From: an uncultured Gemmatimonadaceae bacterium
GTDB lineage: Bacteria; Gemmatimonadota; Gemmatimonadetes; Gemmatimonadales; Gemmatimonadaceae
Length of the DNA: 64,000 bases
NCBI GenBank assembly: GCA_963761305.1
Contig: CAVXGK010000001.1
Coordinates: forward strand, 1,664,001 to 1,728,000
Direction of reading: 5' to 3'
Below, in pieces: positions 20,044 through 30,744 of the stretch. The translations under genes and the position numbers were made by a program. A model generated the notes under the pieces. The model was not told where the DNA came from. It saw only the letters and a program-made list of their open reading frames with translations, and ran no database searches. Within the stretch, counting starts at the first letter, position 1. Each line of letters starts with the position of its first letter.

Positions 20044-20618
20044 TGGTGCTCCGGCGCGAGTCGCGCGCGCAGCGCGTCGCAGGCGCGCTTGACTCGCATC
20101 TTGAGCGCCGACTGGCCGACGCCCGTCATCGTCTCGATCTCCTCGTAGGAAAATCCTTCCACGTAGTGCAACAGAAAAATCTCGCGATTGTGCTCCGGCA
20201 ACTCGGCCAGCGCCCGGCGAACCGAGTCGTCCCACTCACGGTCGATCGACGCGCTCGCCGTCTCGGCCGCCGGCACGCGCGCCAGTGCTTCGTCGTCGGA
20301 CACGGCGTGCGACGCGCGCCGCTGCGACGCCGTGTTCGCCGTCCGGCAGCAGTTGCCGAGGATCTGAAAGAGCCACGACTCGAACCGCTGTCGTTCCTCG
20401 TACCGCGGCAGGGCGCGATACAGACGAACGAACGTCTCCTGCACCACGTCCTCCGCTTCGTCCGCGTCGTGCAGCATCGCCCGCGCGAACCGGAGGGAGC
20501 GCGGATAGTACGCCTCCACGATGCGCGTGAATGCGTCGATGTCGCCGAGTTTCGCGCGACTGATCGTCCGCGGATCGAGTCCGGCGGATTCTGCGGGATG
20601 CTGCAGCGGGTGGCTCGT
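20040..20618 (-). CDS. ECF RNA polymerase sigma factor
   Basis: RAKLGDIDAF, AEDVVQETF, WLFQI, REIFLLHYVEGFSYEEI; conserved region extends upstream of the first GTG (20519), so the start is uncertain. Confidence 0.88.
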   Translation of the reverse strand, partial: TSHPLQHPAESAGLDPRTISRAKLGDIDAFTRIVEAYYPRSLRFARAMLHDADEAEDVVQETFVRLYRALPRYEERQRFESWLFQILGNCCRTANTASQRRASHAVSDDEALARVPAAETASASIDREWDDSVRRALAELPEHNREIFLLHYVEGFSYEEIETMTGVGQSALKMRVKRACDALRARLAPEHQ

Positions 20619-20703
20619 CGGGGTTCCCTCGACAAACTGGCATACTGCCCAACCGCCGTCGAGGTGCCGTGGTCACCCGCCCAGGCGCTATTCATTCGGA
20701 GTC

Positions 20704-21495
20704 ATGTTCCGCTCGATGGGCTTGCTCCTGCCGCTCGAGGTGGTCGTCGTCGCGACGCTCGTGGTCGCCGCACTCTGGCGTCGCCGGCACCGCGGAGCCG
20801 CGGCGTCCACCCTCGACGTGCCAGAGCGGATTCACGACGCGCTCGCCGCCGCCGGAATCCCGAACCGAGTCGCCGGACTGCTCGCCACCGAAGCGGCGAT
20901 CTTCTACTACGCGCTCGCGTCGTGGCGACACAGACCCGTCCTTCCGCCGGGGGCAATCGCCTTCACGTATCATCGAAAGAACGCCTACGCGGCGATTCTA
21001 TACGCCGTGTTTGGAATTTCGCTCGTCGAGATGACGGCGGTGGACCTCGTCGTGCGCGCCAACCACGTCACGGCCTCGAACGTGTTGCTCGTCGTCGACG
21101 GGCTCGCCGCGATCTGGATCCTCGGATTTGCGCGGGCGGTGCAGCTGCGTCCGATCCTGCTCACGAGCGACGCTCTGGTGATTCGCAACGGACTGAGTGC
21201 GCTCGTCGTCGTCTCGCGCGCGAGTGCGACGATCGAATTCGGCCGCGTTCGCGCACCCGCTCGCGGCACGCCCGGATATTTCTGCGCCGCCATGGGACAG
21301 CCGAACGCGCTGATCACGCTGGGCGAACCGGCCACCGTGCGAGGCGCGTATCGCCGCGGCCGTGTCGTCGATCGAATCGGCCTCGTGCTCGACAACCCGA
21401 GGGGGTTTGAGGCGGCTTGGAGATCGCGCGGCGCGCACAGCGAGATCGCGCCAGATCTGGACCTCTCGTCCCAGCCGGGGACGCCGACGCGTTGA
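20704..21495 (+). CDS. Hypothetical membrane protein
   Basis: Several hydrophobic segments; ATG at 20704. Confidence 0.7.
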   Translation: MFRSMGLLLPLEVVVVATLVVAALWRRRHRGAAASTLDVPERIHDALAAAGIPNRVAGLLATEAAIFYYALASWRHRPVLPPGAIAFTYHRKNAYAAILYAVFGISLVEMTAVDLVVRANHVTASNVLLVVDGLAAIWILGFARAVQLRPILLTSDALVIRNGLSALVVVSRASATIEFGRVRAPARGTPGYFCAAMGQPNALITLGEPATVRGAYRRGRVVDRIGLVLDNPRGFEAAWRSRGAHSEIAPDLDLSSQPGTPTR

Positions 21496-21517
21496 CTCCC
21501 GCGCGTTCAAAAACCGC

Positions 21518-21759
21518 AACTGCTCAACGCAGAGGCGCGGAGAACGCAGAGAAAGCGCCGAGCACAAATGCCATCCGTCGCGACGGGCCGGGATGTGTGG
21601 GGGAACCGCCGCTCGGGATGCATCGCGATGCGTGGAACGTTCGCTGGCGCGTCGAAGCATCCCGAGCGGCTGTTCACAAGAACATCCCGGCTCGTTGGGC
21701 GACGGAGCTGCCCTCAGCGGCAGTTCTCTGCGTCCTCTGCGGCTCTGCGGTGAGCAGTT
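21518..21759. repeat. Nested palindromic repeat family A, copy 3
   Basis: AACTGCTCAACGCAGAGGCG...GAGCAGTT with the inner arms. Confidence 0.95.
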
Positions 21760-21773
21760 CAGGTTCCAGCCCC

Positions 21774-21821
21774 TTGTAACCGGGACGAATCGATTGTACC
21801 TTCTATCCGGATACACGGATA
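21774..21821 (+). promoter_or_regulatory. Sigma70 promoter (TTGTAA-17-TACCTT) overlapped by palindromic operator TATCCG-N6-CGGATA
   Basis: Palindrome 21804-21821 ends 1 bp before the ATG of the ArsR regulator. Confidence 0.7.
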
Positions 21822-21822
21822 T

Positions 21823-22764
21823 ATGGCTTCCCGGCTCAATGTTCTCGACCAGCTCTCGATTCTCGCCGACCCTACGCGGAGCCGGGCGCTGTTGCTGCTC
21901 GAGCGTCACGAGCTCACCGTCGGCGAGCTGTGCACCATTCTCCAGCTCCCCCAATCCACCGTAAGCCGCCACCTCAAGCTGCTCAGCGACGACGGCTGGC
22001 TCGTCGCGCGCGGCGAGGGCACCAGCCGGTTCTACCGCATGCTCGGCGACCGACTCGACGAATCGACCAGATCATTGTGGTCGGTCGTGCGCGCGCAGAT
22101 CTCGGCGAGTCCCGGGGCACGGCAGGACATGCGCCGCGCCGACGGCGTGCTCGCCAAGCGTCGCGACAAGGCAATCCTGTTTTTCCGGGATTCGTCGAAC
22201 CTGTGGGACGTGATGCGCACCGAGATGATCGGCGAACGCGCCGACTTGCTCGCTCTGCTCCACCTCCTCGACGACAGCTGGGTCGTCGGCGACCTCGGCT
22301 GCGGCTCGGGCCACATCGCCGAGGCGTTGGCGCCGTGCGTGAAGAAGGTCGTCGCCGTCGACGAGTCGGGTCCGATGCTCGAGGCCGCGCGCAAGCGTCT
22401 CGCATCGCACGACAACGTGGAGCTCCGCGTCGGCACCATCGAGTCGCTGCCGATCGATGATGGCGCGCTCGACGCGGCGATTCTCTTTCTCGTCGCGCAC
22501 TTCGTCACCGACCCGTCGCGAGCGATGGCCGAGGTGCGCCGCGTGCTCCGCCCCGGCGGACGGCTGCTCATCGTGGATCTGATGTCGCACGACCGGGTGG
22601 ACTACGTCGTCCAGCTCGGGCACGTCTGGCAGGGATTCGACGGACCACAGGTGATCTCGTGGCTGGAAGCGGCGGGGTTCGGGGCGTGCCGCTATCAACC
22701 GCTCCCCGCCGCGCCGGAAGCGAAAGGGCCGACGCTGTTCGTGGCCAGCGGCCGCAAGCAATGA
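21823..22764 (+). CDS. sahR: ArsR-HTH + class I SAM-binding domain regulator (SahR-like)
   Basis: LADPTR, PQSTVSRHLK HTH; DLGCGSG SAM motif; directly upstream of ahcY. Confidence 0.85.
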   Translation: MASRLNVLDQLSILADPTRSRALLLLERHELTVGELCTILQLPQSTVSRHLKLLSDDGWLVARGEGTSRFYRMLGDRLDESTRSLWSVVRAQISASPGARQDMRRADGVLAKRRDKAILFFRDSSNLWDVMRTEMIGERADLLALLHLLDDSWVVGDLGCGSGHIAEALAPCVKKVVAVDESGPMLEAARKRLASHDNVELRVGTIESLPIDDGALDAAILFLVAHFVTDPSRAMAEVRRVLRPGGRLLIVDLMSHDRVDYVVQLGHVWQGFDGPQVISWLEAAGFGACRYQPLPAAPEAKGPTLFVASGRKQ

Positions 22765-22794
22765 CAATGACACATCACTCTCGAGGATTCTGAA

Positions 22795-24279
<1,485 letters not shown>

Positions 24280-24307
24280 GCCGGTCTCTCTATCGGGACG
24301 CGTTTGC

Positions 24308-24550
24308 AACTACTTAACGCAGAGGCGCAGACACGCGGAGAGACAACCGGTTTCCGTCGCGCAACGAGCCGAGTCTTTTTGTGACAGCCGCTCGGGATGC
24401 CTCGAGCCACCGAAAAAAGATTCCATGGTGCGTGAAGCATCCCGAGCGGCTGTTCCCAAAGAATCGCGGCTCGTTGCGCGACGGAAATCAAGCAACTCTG
24501 CGGCAGTTTCTCTGCGTCTCTGCGTCTCTGCGTCTCTGCGTTGAGCAGTT
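24308..24550. repeat. Nested palindromic repeat family A, copy 4
   Basis: Same arms; between convergent ahcY and the glycosidase-like gene. Confidence 0.95.
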
Positions 24551-24567
24551 GCAGTTCTGGCCGCGAA

Positions 24568-26610
24568 TCAGCGCGGCGTGAGCTCGATCGTCACGACCTC
24601 GAATGGCGCCAGTGCGACGCGTTGCTCTTCACCGGCCTTGAATGCGCGCGGCACCTCGCGACTCCCCGCGAACGGATTCCGCGCCGCGTACTCCCGCACA
24701 CTGCCTTCGGGCAGTTCCAGCGCCGAACCCGCATCGATCGCCATCACCTGTGGCCTCTCACTCGGATTCCGCAGCGTCACGATGCCTTTCTTCGCCGACC
24801 AGGCCGCCCAGCCGTAGGGTTCCAACCGCAACGGATCCCCGCCGATCCAATGCGTATCGAACAATGTCTCCGCGTTCCCGCGTGACCATTTCGCGTGCTC
24901 GGCGATCGTGTCCCAATTCTCCTTCGTGAGCAGCGCCGGCGTGACGTACATCTCCTGCAACTGCGTTCCGTTTCCGAAGTACGCGTGCACCTCGGATGCG
25001 AAGTCGTTGCCGGGGTCGGTGTTCAGGTTGTGCGCCGACTTCGCGTAGATCAGACCGTGCAGCATCAGTGAGCTGAGCGGGAACAGCGCACCCGCGCGAA
25101 CGACGTGGTCGTACGTGTCCGCGTCGCGATAGGTGATCCAGCGCTGTCGGCTCGAGCCGACGCCGGCGAACGAATGATCTTCGCCGCCACGCCAAATCGA
25201 ATCCGCGTAGCGAAGCCAGAACGGCGACGGGTACGTGCCGGTCGTGAGATTCACGTAGAGATCCGGCTTCTCGGCGCGCAGCTCGCCGATCAAGTGAATC
25301 GCCGCGTCGAAGTCGCTGTCGAACGAACTGCCGGGCGTCGTGCTCGCGGCGTTCCCCGTGCCGTCGAACTTGAATTGATTCACGCCGAAGCGGCGGATCA
25401 TGTCCATGCACGTGTCGCGAAAACGCTGGTAGTACACGGGCCCCGACAACGCGAAGCCGCGCTCGTTCGTCTCGAAGCCCTGCTGCTTTCCGTACGCGAC
25501 GCGGTCGTCGTGCGGTTTGCCGTAGCCGCCCCACGGCGACATCCACACGCCCGGCGCCGCGCCGTATTTGCGCGTCGCGTCGCGCACGTTGGCGAATCCA
25601 TCGGGGAATCCCGAGTTGAACCGCCAGAGCGTCGTCGGGTCGTCCCACCCGTCGTCGAACAGAAACGAATCGAGCGTCACGCCGCGCTTCTCGTGCAGCT
25701 CGGCGCCGAACGCGTTCACCGCGCCGAGCGCATCGGCTTCGCTGAACTTCGAGAAGTACCCGATGTCGTACCACGAGTTGTAGTGAAGGAACGTGCGATA
25801 CGGATGCGCGCGCTCGCGCTCGACGTACGCCAGAAAATCGCGCCGCAGCTGCCCGCTGCGCGTCACACCGGCCACCGAGCTCACCTCGAGTGTGGCGCCG
25901 CGACGGAGCGGCAGCGTGCGCGGCATGCGGCACCGCACGCGATCGCCGTCCACGCCGTTGTTCGCCAGCGGATGCTCGAACGCGTAGTACGCATCGCCGA
26001 CGACGATCGGCGTGCCGCGTACCGTGCCGCTCACCCAGGTGCGCGGCGCGGTGAAATCGAACAGCGAGATCTCGCGCAGCGGCACGTCGCCGGCGAGCGC
26101 TCGCACCGTAAGCTCCTGTCGCACGTAGCCCGATCCGTCGCGCAGCACGCCGCGCCATACGACTTCGAGTCGCTCCTCGGGATCGCGCAACGTCACGACG
26201 ACGCTCCGCCCCGGCACCTGCTCGGCGCGGCGCGACGCCGATGCATTCGCGGCGAGCGGCTCGACCCTCGGGTCGCCGACGATCCGAAACCCGCTCGCCG
26301 CCAGCGTCGTCGCCGCCGGACCCGCGCCAAGCGTGAGCGTGAACAGCTCAGCCGATACCGGCAGGTCGACGCGGTGAACGCGGTCGATGAGTTTCGCGGG
26401 CCGCAGCGAATCCTCCGTCACCGTCCACGTCGCGCTGATCGACGCGTTCTCGAGAACGAAATCGCGCGCCCGGATGGCGGCGGTCGCCTCGAGGCCGGCG
26501 CCTGTCGATCCGGCTGCCGCCATGGGGCCCAGTCGTTCGGTCGCGCGCAGGACGCCGAGGCTCAGCGCGAGGCGCCCGCTGCGGTCGAAGAATTCGCGTC
26601 GTGATACCAT
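24568..26610 (-). CDS. Tat-exported alpha-galactosidase-like (GH27/36 clan) protein, resembling proteins annotated 'enterotoxin'
   Basis: SRREF Tat motif; LHYNSW, FDDGW, FKFDG motifs; operonic with galactokinase. Confidence 0.75.
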   Translation of the reverse strand: MVSRREFFDRSGRLALSLGVLRATERLGPMAAAGSTGAGLEATAAIRARDFVLENASISATWTVTEDSLRPAKLIDRVHRVDLPVSAELFTLTLGAGPAATTLAASGFRIVGDPRVEPLAANASASRRAEQVPGRSVVVTLRDPEERLEVVWRGVLRDGSGYVRQELTVRALAGDVPLREISLFDFTAPRTWVSGTVRGTPIVVGDAYYAFEHPLANNGVDGDRVRCRMPRTLPLRRGATLEVSSVAGVTRSGQLRRDFLAYVERERAHPYRTFLHYNSWYDIGYFSKFSEADALGAVNAFGAELHEKRGVTLDSFLFDDGWDDPTTLWRFNSGFPDGFANVRDATRKYGAAPGVWMSPWGGYGKPHDDRVAYGKQQGFETNERGFALSGPVYYQRFRDTCMDMIRRFGVNQFKFDGTGNAASTTPGSSFDSDFDAAIHLIGELRAEKPDLYVNLTTGTYPSPFWLRYADSIWRGGEDHSFAGVGSSRQRWITYRDADTYDHVVRAGALFPLSSLMLHGLIYAKSAHNLNTDPGNDFASEVHAYFGNGTQLQEMYVTPALLTKENWDTIAEHAKWSRGNAETLFDTHWIGGDPLRLEPYGWAAWSAKKGIVTLRNPSERPQVMAIDAGSALELPEGSVREYAARNPFAGSREVPRAFKAGEEQRVALAPFEVVTIELTPR

Positions 26611-26654
26611 GCTGATAAGGTGCTCGGTCCCGGTCTACCGGTCTACCGGTCCAC

Positions 26655-28004
26655 CTAGAGTTTCGTCGCCGGCGGCCCGGCGTTCGTCGCGAAGACTTTG
26701 GCATGCATCGCGACCGCTGGAAACCGCGCGACGTAGCGTTCAGCCCACGACGCGCGAAACTCCACGACGCCTTCCGACGGCACGAGCGCCCACACGGCGC
26801 CGCCGAACCCGGCCCCGAATGCCGACGCCGCGGCCGCGCCGCGCTCACGCGCGTCACGCACCAACCAGATCGTCTCGTCGATCTGATTGTGCAGCCAATT
26901 CTCGGCGCCCGACTGCGAGCGCTCGACGAGCGCGCCGAGCTGGCGCAGATCGCCGCGCAGCAGCGCGTCGCCCGCTCGCGGAATCAGCTCCGTGCTCTCG
27001 ACGACGAACTGCGTCAGCCGATCGTGCAGGTCGCCTCGGTCGGCGTGCAGCATCGCGAGCATCCGCGCGGCCGCGTCGGGCGCCGACGCGAGCGCGTCGC
27101 CAAGCGTGGCGTCGTCGCGGCCGGTGATGTCGTACCAGTGCGCCGCCAATTCCTGCGTCGCCAGCGACAGCCGATTGTAGTGATCGCGCACCGCGCCGAT
27201 CTTCTCGGCCGTCACGCCGCTGTACGCGATCACCAACTCGTGGTCCGCCGGCAGTGGGACCGCGCGCTCGAAGCGCACGGGACAGAACGAGTATTGCACC
27301 AGCGCCCCGGGAAGCGCGCAGAGTATGGCCGTGTGATCTTCGCTCCCGCCGAACGTCCCGACGCCGACGTCGCCGGCGAAGGCGCCATAACCGTATCCGT
27401 TCTCCACCGCGCCGAGGTAGCCGGCGATCTGCTCCAGGCTCGGCAACTCGCGACGAAATTCCGCGCGCTCGCGGAGCGCGTTCACGTCGGCGAGCGCGAG
27501 AAACGTCGCGACGACGAGCGCGCTCGAGCTGCTCATCCCCGACGCGATCGGCAGATCGCTGGCGAACGCGATGTCCGCGCCGACGAGCGAGTCTCGCGCG
27601 CCGAAATCGCGCGCCATCCGCCGTGCGACGGTGAGCGGATACGTCGACCAATGACCCGGCGGCGCCGTCACCCTCGGATCGAGCTCACTGTCGACCACGT
27701 GCTCGAGACACGCGTCGACGATCCGCAGTCGACGGTCGGTGCGCGGCACGGCGACGATGCAGATCCCACGTTCCACGGCGCAGAGCAAACTGCGTCCGCC
27801 CGCGTAGTCGGTGTGCTTGCCGAGGAATTCGACGCGGCCCGGTACCCAGAATGCGCGGACGTCCCTCGTCCGGCGCGATGGGCGTCCCTCGCTCGCGCCG
27901 AGCGAGTCGAGCGCGGCGCGTGCCATCGCGAACAGCTCCGACTTCTCCTGCGCCGCGCCGGCGCTCAGACCGATCTCGCGGAGCCTGGCCAGATCCGATG
28001 TCAC
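26655..28004 (-). CDS. galK: Galactokinase-family (GHMP) sugar kinase
   Basis: PGRVEFLGKHTDY, PIASGMSSSSA, GAGFGG; GTGA coupling to the upstream gene. Confidence 0.85.
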   Translation of the reverse strand: MTSDLARLREIGLSAGAAQEKSELFAMARAALDSLGASEGRPSRRTRDVRAFWVPGRVEFLGKHTDYAGGRSLLCAVERGICIVAVPRTDRRLRIVDACLEHVVDSELDPRVTAPPGHWSTYPLTVARRMARDFGARDSLVGADIAFASDLPIASGMSSSSALVVATFLALADVNALRERAEFRRELPSLEQIAGYLGAVENGYGYGAFAGDVGVGTFGGSEDHTAILCALPGALVQYSFCPVRFERAVPLPADHELVIAYSGVTAEKIGAVRDHYNRLSLATQELAAHWYDITGRDDATLGDALASAPDAAARMLAMLHADRGDLHDRLTQFVVESTELIPRAGDALLRGDLRQLGALVERSQSGAENWLHNQIDETIWLVRDARERGAAAASAFGAGFGGAVWALVPSEGVVEFRASWAERYVARFPAVAMHAKVFATNAGPPATKL

Positions 28005-30622
28005 AGTTTCACAGGCATCGACTGCAGGCGCGCCGTGACCTTCGCGATGTCGCCGCGTCGCGACAGATCGAGCACTGTCGCGTCCGCCGGGATCATCGCG
28101 AAGCGCTCGCCGAGCACGTCGATCGCGTACTGGATCGCATTCGGGAGTTCGAGCTCGTCGCGCACCGAGGGCTGCAGATCGCGGCACGCGCGAAAAATCG
28201 TGGAGTCGAGCCGCCAACAATTCATGCTCACCGGAGCGTCGGTGCGCGCCGACATCGTCGCCGCATCCGGTTTCTCGACGATGCGCCGCAGCGCGCCGTC
28301 GACGACGTCGAGCAACGCGTACGCGGCGATCCGATCCGCCGGAATGTCGCCGCTGCGCAACAGGCCGGCCCGCGAAAACGCGACGCCCGCCGGGCCGGCG
28401 GCGTTGCGAAGCCGCGCCAAGACGTCAGTGGGATAGTAGTTGTCCGCGTTCAACACGACGAACGGTTCGCCCGTCGTGAACTCCTCGGCGGCGAGCACCG
28501 CGTCGGCCGTGCCGAGTGGATTGGCTTGCACCGCGAAATGCACTCGGAGACGCGTCGGGATTGCCGCGCGCGCGTACCGGTCGTGCATTTCGGCGTGCTG
28601 CGGTGCGACGACGATGCACACGTCGGTGAAGCCGGCGTCGGCGAGGCCGCTCAACACGTAGTCGAGAAACGGGCGACCCACCGGAATCATGGCTTTCGCG
28701 CCGTCGTTCGCGGCGGCGGCTTGCTCCGAGGAGAGCACCGCGTTGTCGTCGCCCTCGCGCATCCGGCTGCCGAGTCCACGCGCCAGGATCACCGCTTTCG
28801 TGCACAGACGCTCGGCGGCGACGGCCGACGTTTCACTTCCCGCCAGTTCCCGCTCGCCTTCCGCGGCCCATGCGCGCCTTACGACGTGCAGCAGGACGAA
28901 TCCGCTCACGACGAACGCGACCAGCCACATGACCGCCGGGATCGTCCGCCCGTAGATGAAGCTTCCCGTCCCGAATAGACCGGCATAGACGAACATCACG
29001 CCCGCCGTCCAGCCGAGCATCATCTGTGGAATGCTGTCGCTCGACGGCGGCAGGTTCGACTCGGTACGAATGACGTTCCATCCCGGGCCGGCGGGACGCG
29101 TCAGCTCATAGAACCGTACGAGCGACGCACGATCGGCCGGTTTGGTGAGCATCGTGACCGTCACCCACACGATGGTGGTCGCGGCGACGGTCACGAGCAG
29201 CGGCACCGGATCCGGAATCGCCACGCCCATCTTTTTCGCGACGAAGAACCCGAACGCGATGAGGAACGAGGAGACCATCGCCGAGATCTCGCTCCATGCG
29301 TTGATCCGCCACCAGAACCAGCGCAGGAGGTAGATGAGTCCCGTGCCCGCGCCCACGGACAGCAGCAGTTGAAACGCTTCGCTCGCCGTCGAGAGCGCGA
29401 GCGTGAACAGACCGGCCGCGATCATGAGAAACGCGGTCAACGCGCGCGACACCCAGAGGTAGTGCCGCTCGGATTTCCCCGGTTTCACAAAGCGCTGATA
29501 GAAGTCGATGATGAGGTACGACGAGCCCCAGTTGAGGTGCGTCTCCATCGTCGAGCGGTACGCGGCGAACAGCGAGGCGACGAGCAACCCTTTCATGCCG
29601 ACCGGCAGCAGCGTGAGCATCGCCGGATACGCGAGATCGTTGCCGATGAGCGCCGGATTCACGTGCGGCAACGCGCGCTGGATGTCGGCCAACGTCGGGA
29701 AGACGAGCATCGAACAGAGCGCGACGATGATCCACGGCCACGGCCTGAGCGCATAGTGCGCGACGTTGAACCAGAGCGTCGCGCCGAGCGCGTGACGCTC
29801 GTTCTTCGACGCGAGGATGCGCTGCGCGATGTAGCTCCCGCCGCCCGGCTCGGCGCCCGGGTACCACACCGACCACCACTGCACCGTGAGCGGAATGACC
29901 AGGACGGTGACCACCAGCGTCGTGTCGCTGAAGTCCGGCAGCAGCGAGAGCGTGCTGGGACTCGTCTTGTCCAGCAGCGACGCCAACCCGCCGACCGCCG
30001 GCTGGTTCAGCGACACGATCGCCGCGCCGATCACGCCGACCATCGCCAGCGCGAATTGCACGATGTCCGTCGCGAGCACGCCCCACAGACCCGCGACCGA
30101 CGCGAACAGCACGCACGCCGTGCCGGCGATGACGATCGTCTCGACGCGCCCCCAACCGAGCATCACGTTGGCGATCTTCACCGCCGCCAGCGTGACCGTC
30201 GCCATGATCATGACGTTGAAGAAGAGCCCCAGATAAACAGCGCGGAATCCGCGCACGACCGCCGCCGGTCTTCCCGAGTAGCGCAGCTCGTAAAACTCGA
30301 GATCGGTGAGCACGCGCGAGCGTCGCCACAGCTGCGCGTAGAAGAACACGGTCGCCATGCCGGTGAGCAGAAACGCCCACCACACCCAGTTGTACGACAC
30401 GCCGTGCGACCGAACGAAATCCGTCACCAGATTCGGCGTGTCGGTGCTGAACGTCGTCGCGACCATCGACGTCCCCACCAGCCACCATGGCGCCGACTGT
30501 CCCGACGCGAAAAACTCGGCCGTGCTCGAGCCCGCTCGCTTTAGATAGAACAGCGCCGGCAAATAACAGAGCACCAGACTCACGACGACGACCACCCAGT
30601 CGAGGCGGGTGAGTTGGGTCAT
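28001..30622 (-). CDS. Sodium:solute symporter fused to C-terminal sugar-phosphate nucleotidyltransferase
   Basis: N-terminal ~590 aa SSS domain (SMVATTFSTDTP, QRILASKNE); C-terminal KAVILARGLGSRM...KAMIPVGRPFLDY...PLGTADA...NADN...RDELELP. Confidence 0.88.
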   Translation of the reverse strand: MTQLTRLDWVVVVVSLVLCYLPALFYLKRAGSSTAEFFASGQSAPWWLVGTSMVATTFSTDTPNLVTDFVRSHGVSYNWVWWAFLLTGMATVFFYAQLWRRSRVLTDLEFYELRYSGRPAAVVRGFRAVYLGLFFNVMIMATVTLAAVKIANVMLGWGRVETIVIAGTACVLFASVAGLWGVLATDIVQFALAMVGVIGAAIVSLNQPAVGGLASLLDKTSPSTLSLLPDFSDTTLVVTVLVIPLTVQWWSVWYPGAEPGGGSYIAQRILASKNERHALGATLWFNVAHYALRPWPWIIVALCSMLVFPTLADIQRALPHVNPALIGNDLAYPAMLTLLPVGMKGLLVASLFAAYRSTMETHLNWGSSYLIIDFYQRFVKPGKSERHYLWVSRALTAFLMIAAGLFTLALSTASEAFQLLLSVGAGTGLIYLLRWFWWRINAWSEISAMVSSFLIAFGFFVAKKMGVAIPDPVPLLVTVAATTIVWVTVTMLTKPADRASLVRFYELTRPAGPGWNVIRTESNLPPSSDSIPQMMLGWTAGVMFVYAGLFGTGSFIYGRTIPAVMWLVAFVVSGFVLLHVVRRAWAAEGERELAGSETSAVAAERLCTKAVILARGLGSRMREGDDNAVLSSEQAAAANDGAKAMIPVGRPFLDYVLSGLADAGFTDVCIVVAPQHAEMHDRYARAAIPTRLRVHFAVQANPLGTADAVLAAEEFTTGEPFVVLNADNYYPTDVLARLRNAAGPAGVAFSRAGLLRSGDIPADRIAAYALLDVVDGALRRIVEKPDAATMSARTDAPVSMNCWRLDSTIFRACRDLQPSVRDELELPNAIQYAIDVLGERFAMIPADATVLDLSRRGDIAKVTARLQSMPVKL

Positions 30623-30744
30623 GCGACGCTCGGCGTCGGTCGTCTCGTCACGGGCTGCAATCTCGATGGGTCGTGAGGAATCACAAGAGCGGCGGGAACT
30701 CCGCGCAAACGGAAACGGTTGACAAGCACGTAACTCACTTCGGA

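Noticed and set aside
24568..26610. A true enterotoxin
   Set aside because: Motifs and operon context indicate a glycoside hydrolase; the toxin label on similar proteins is not supported by anything in this sequence.
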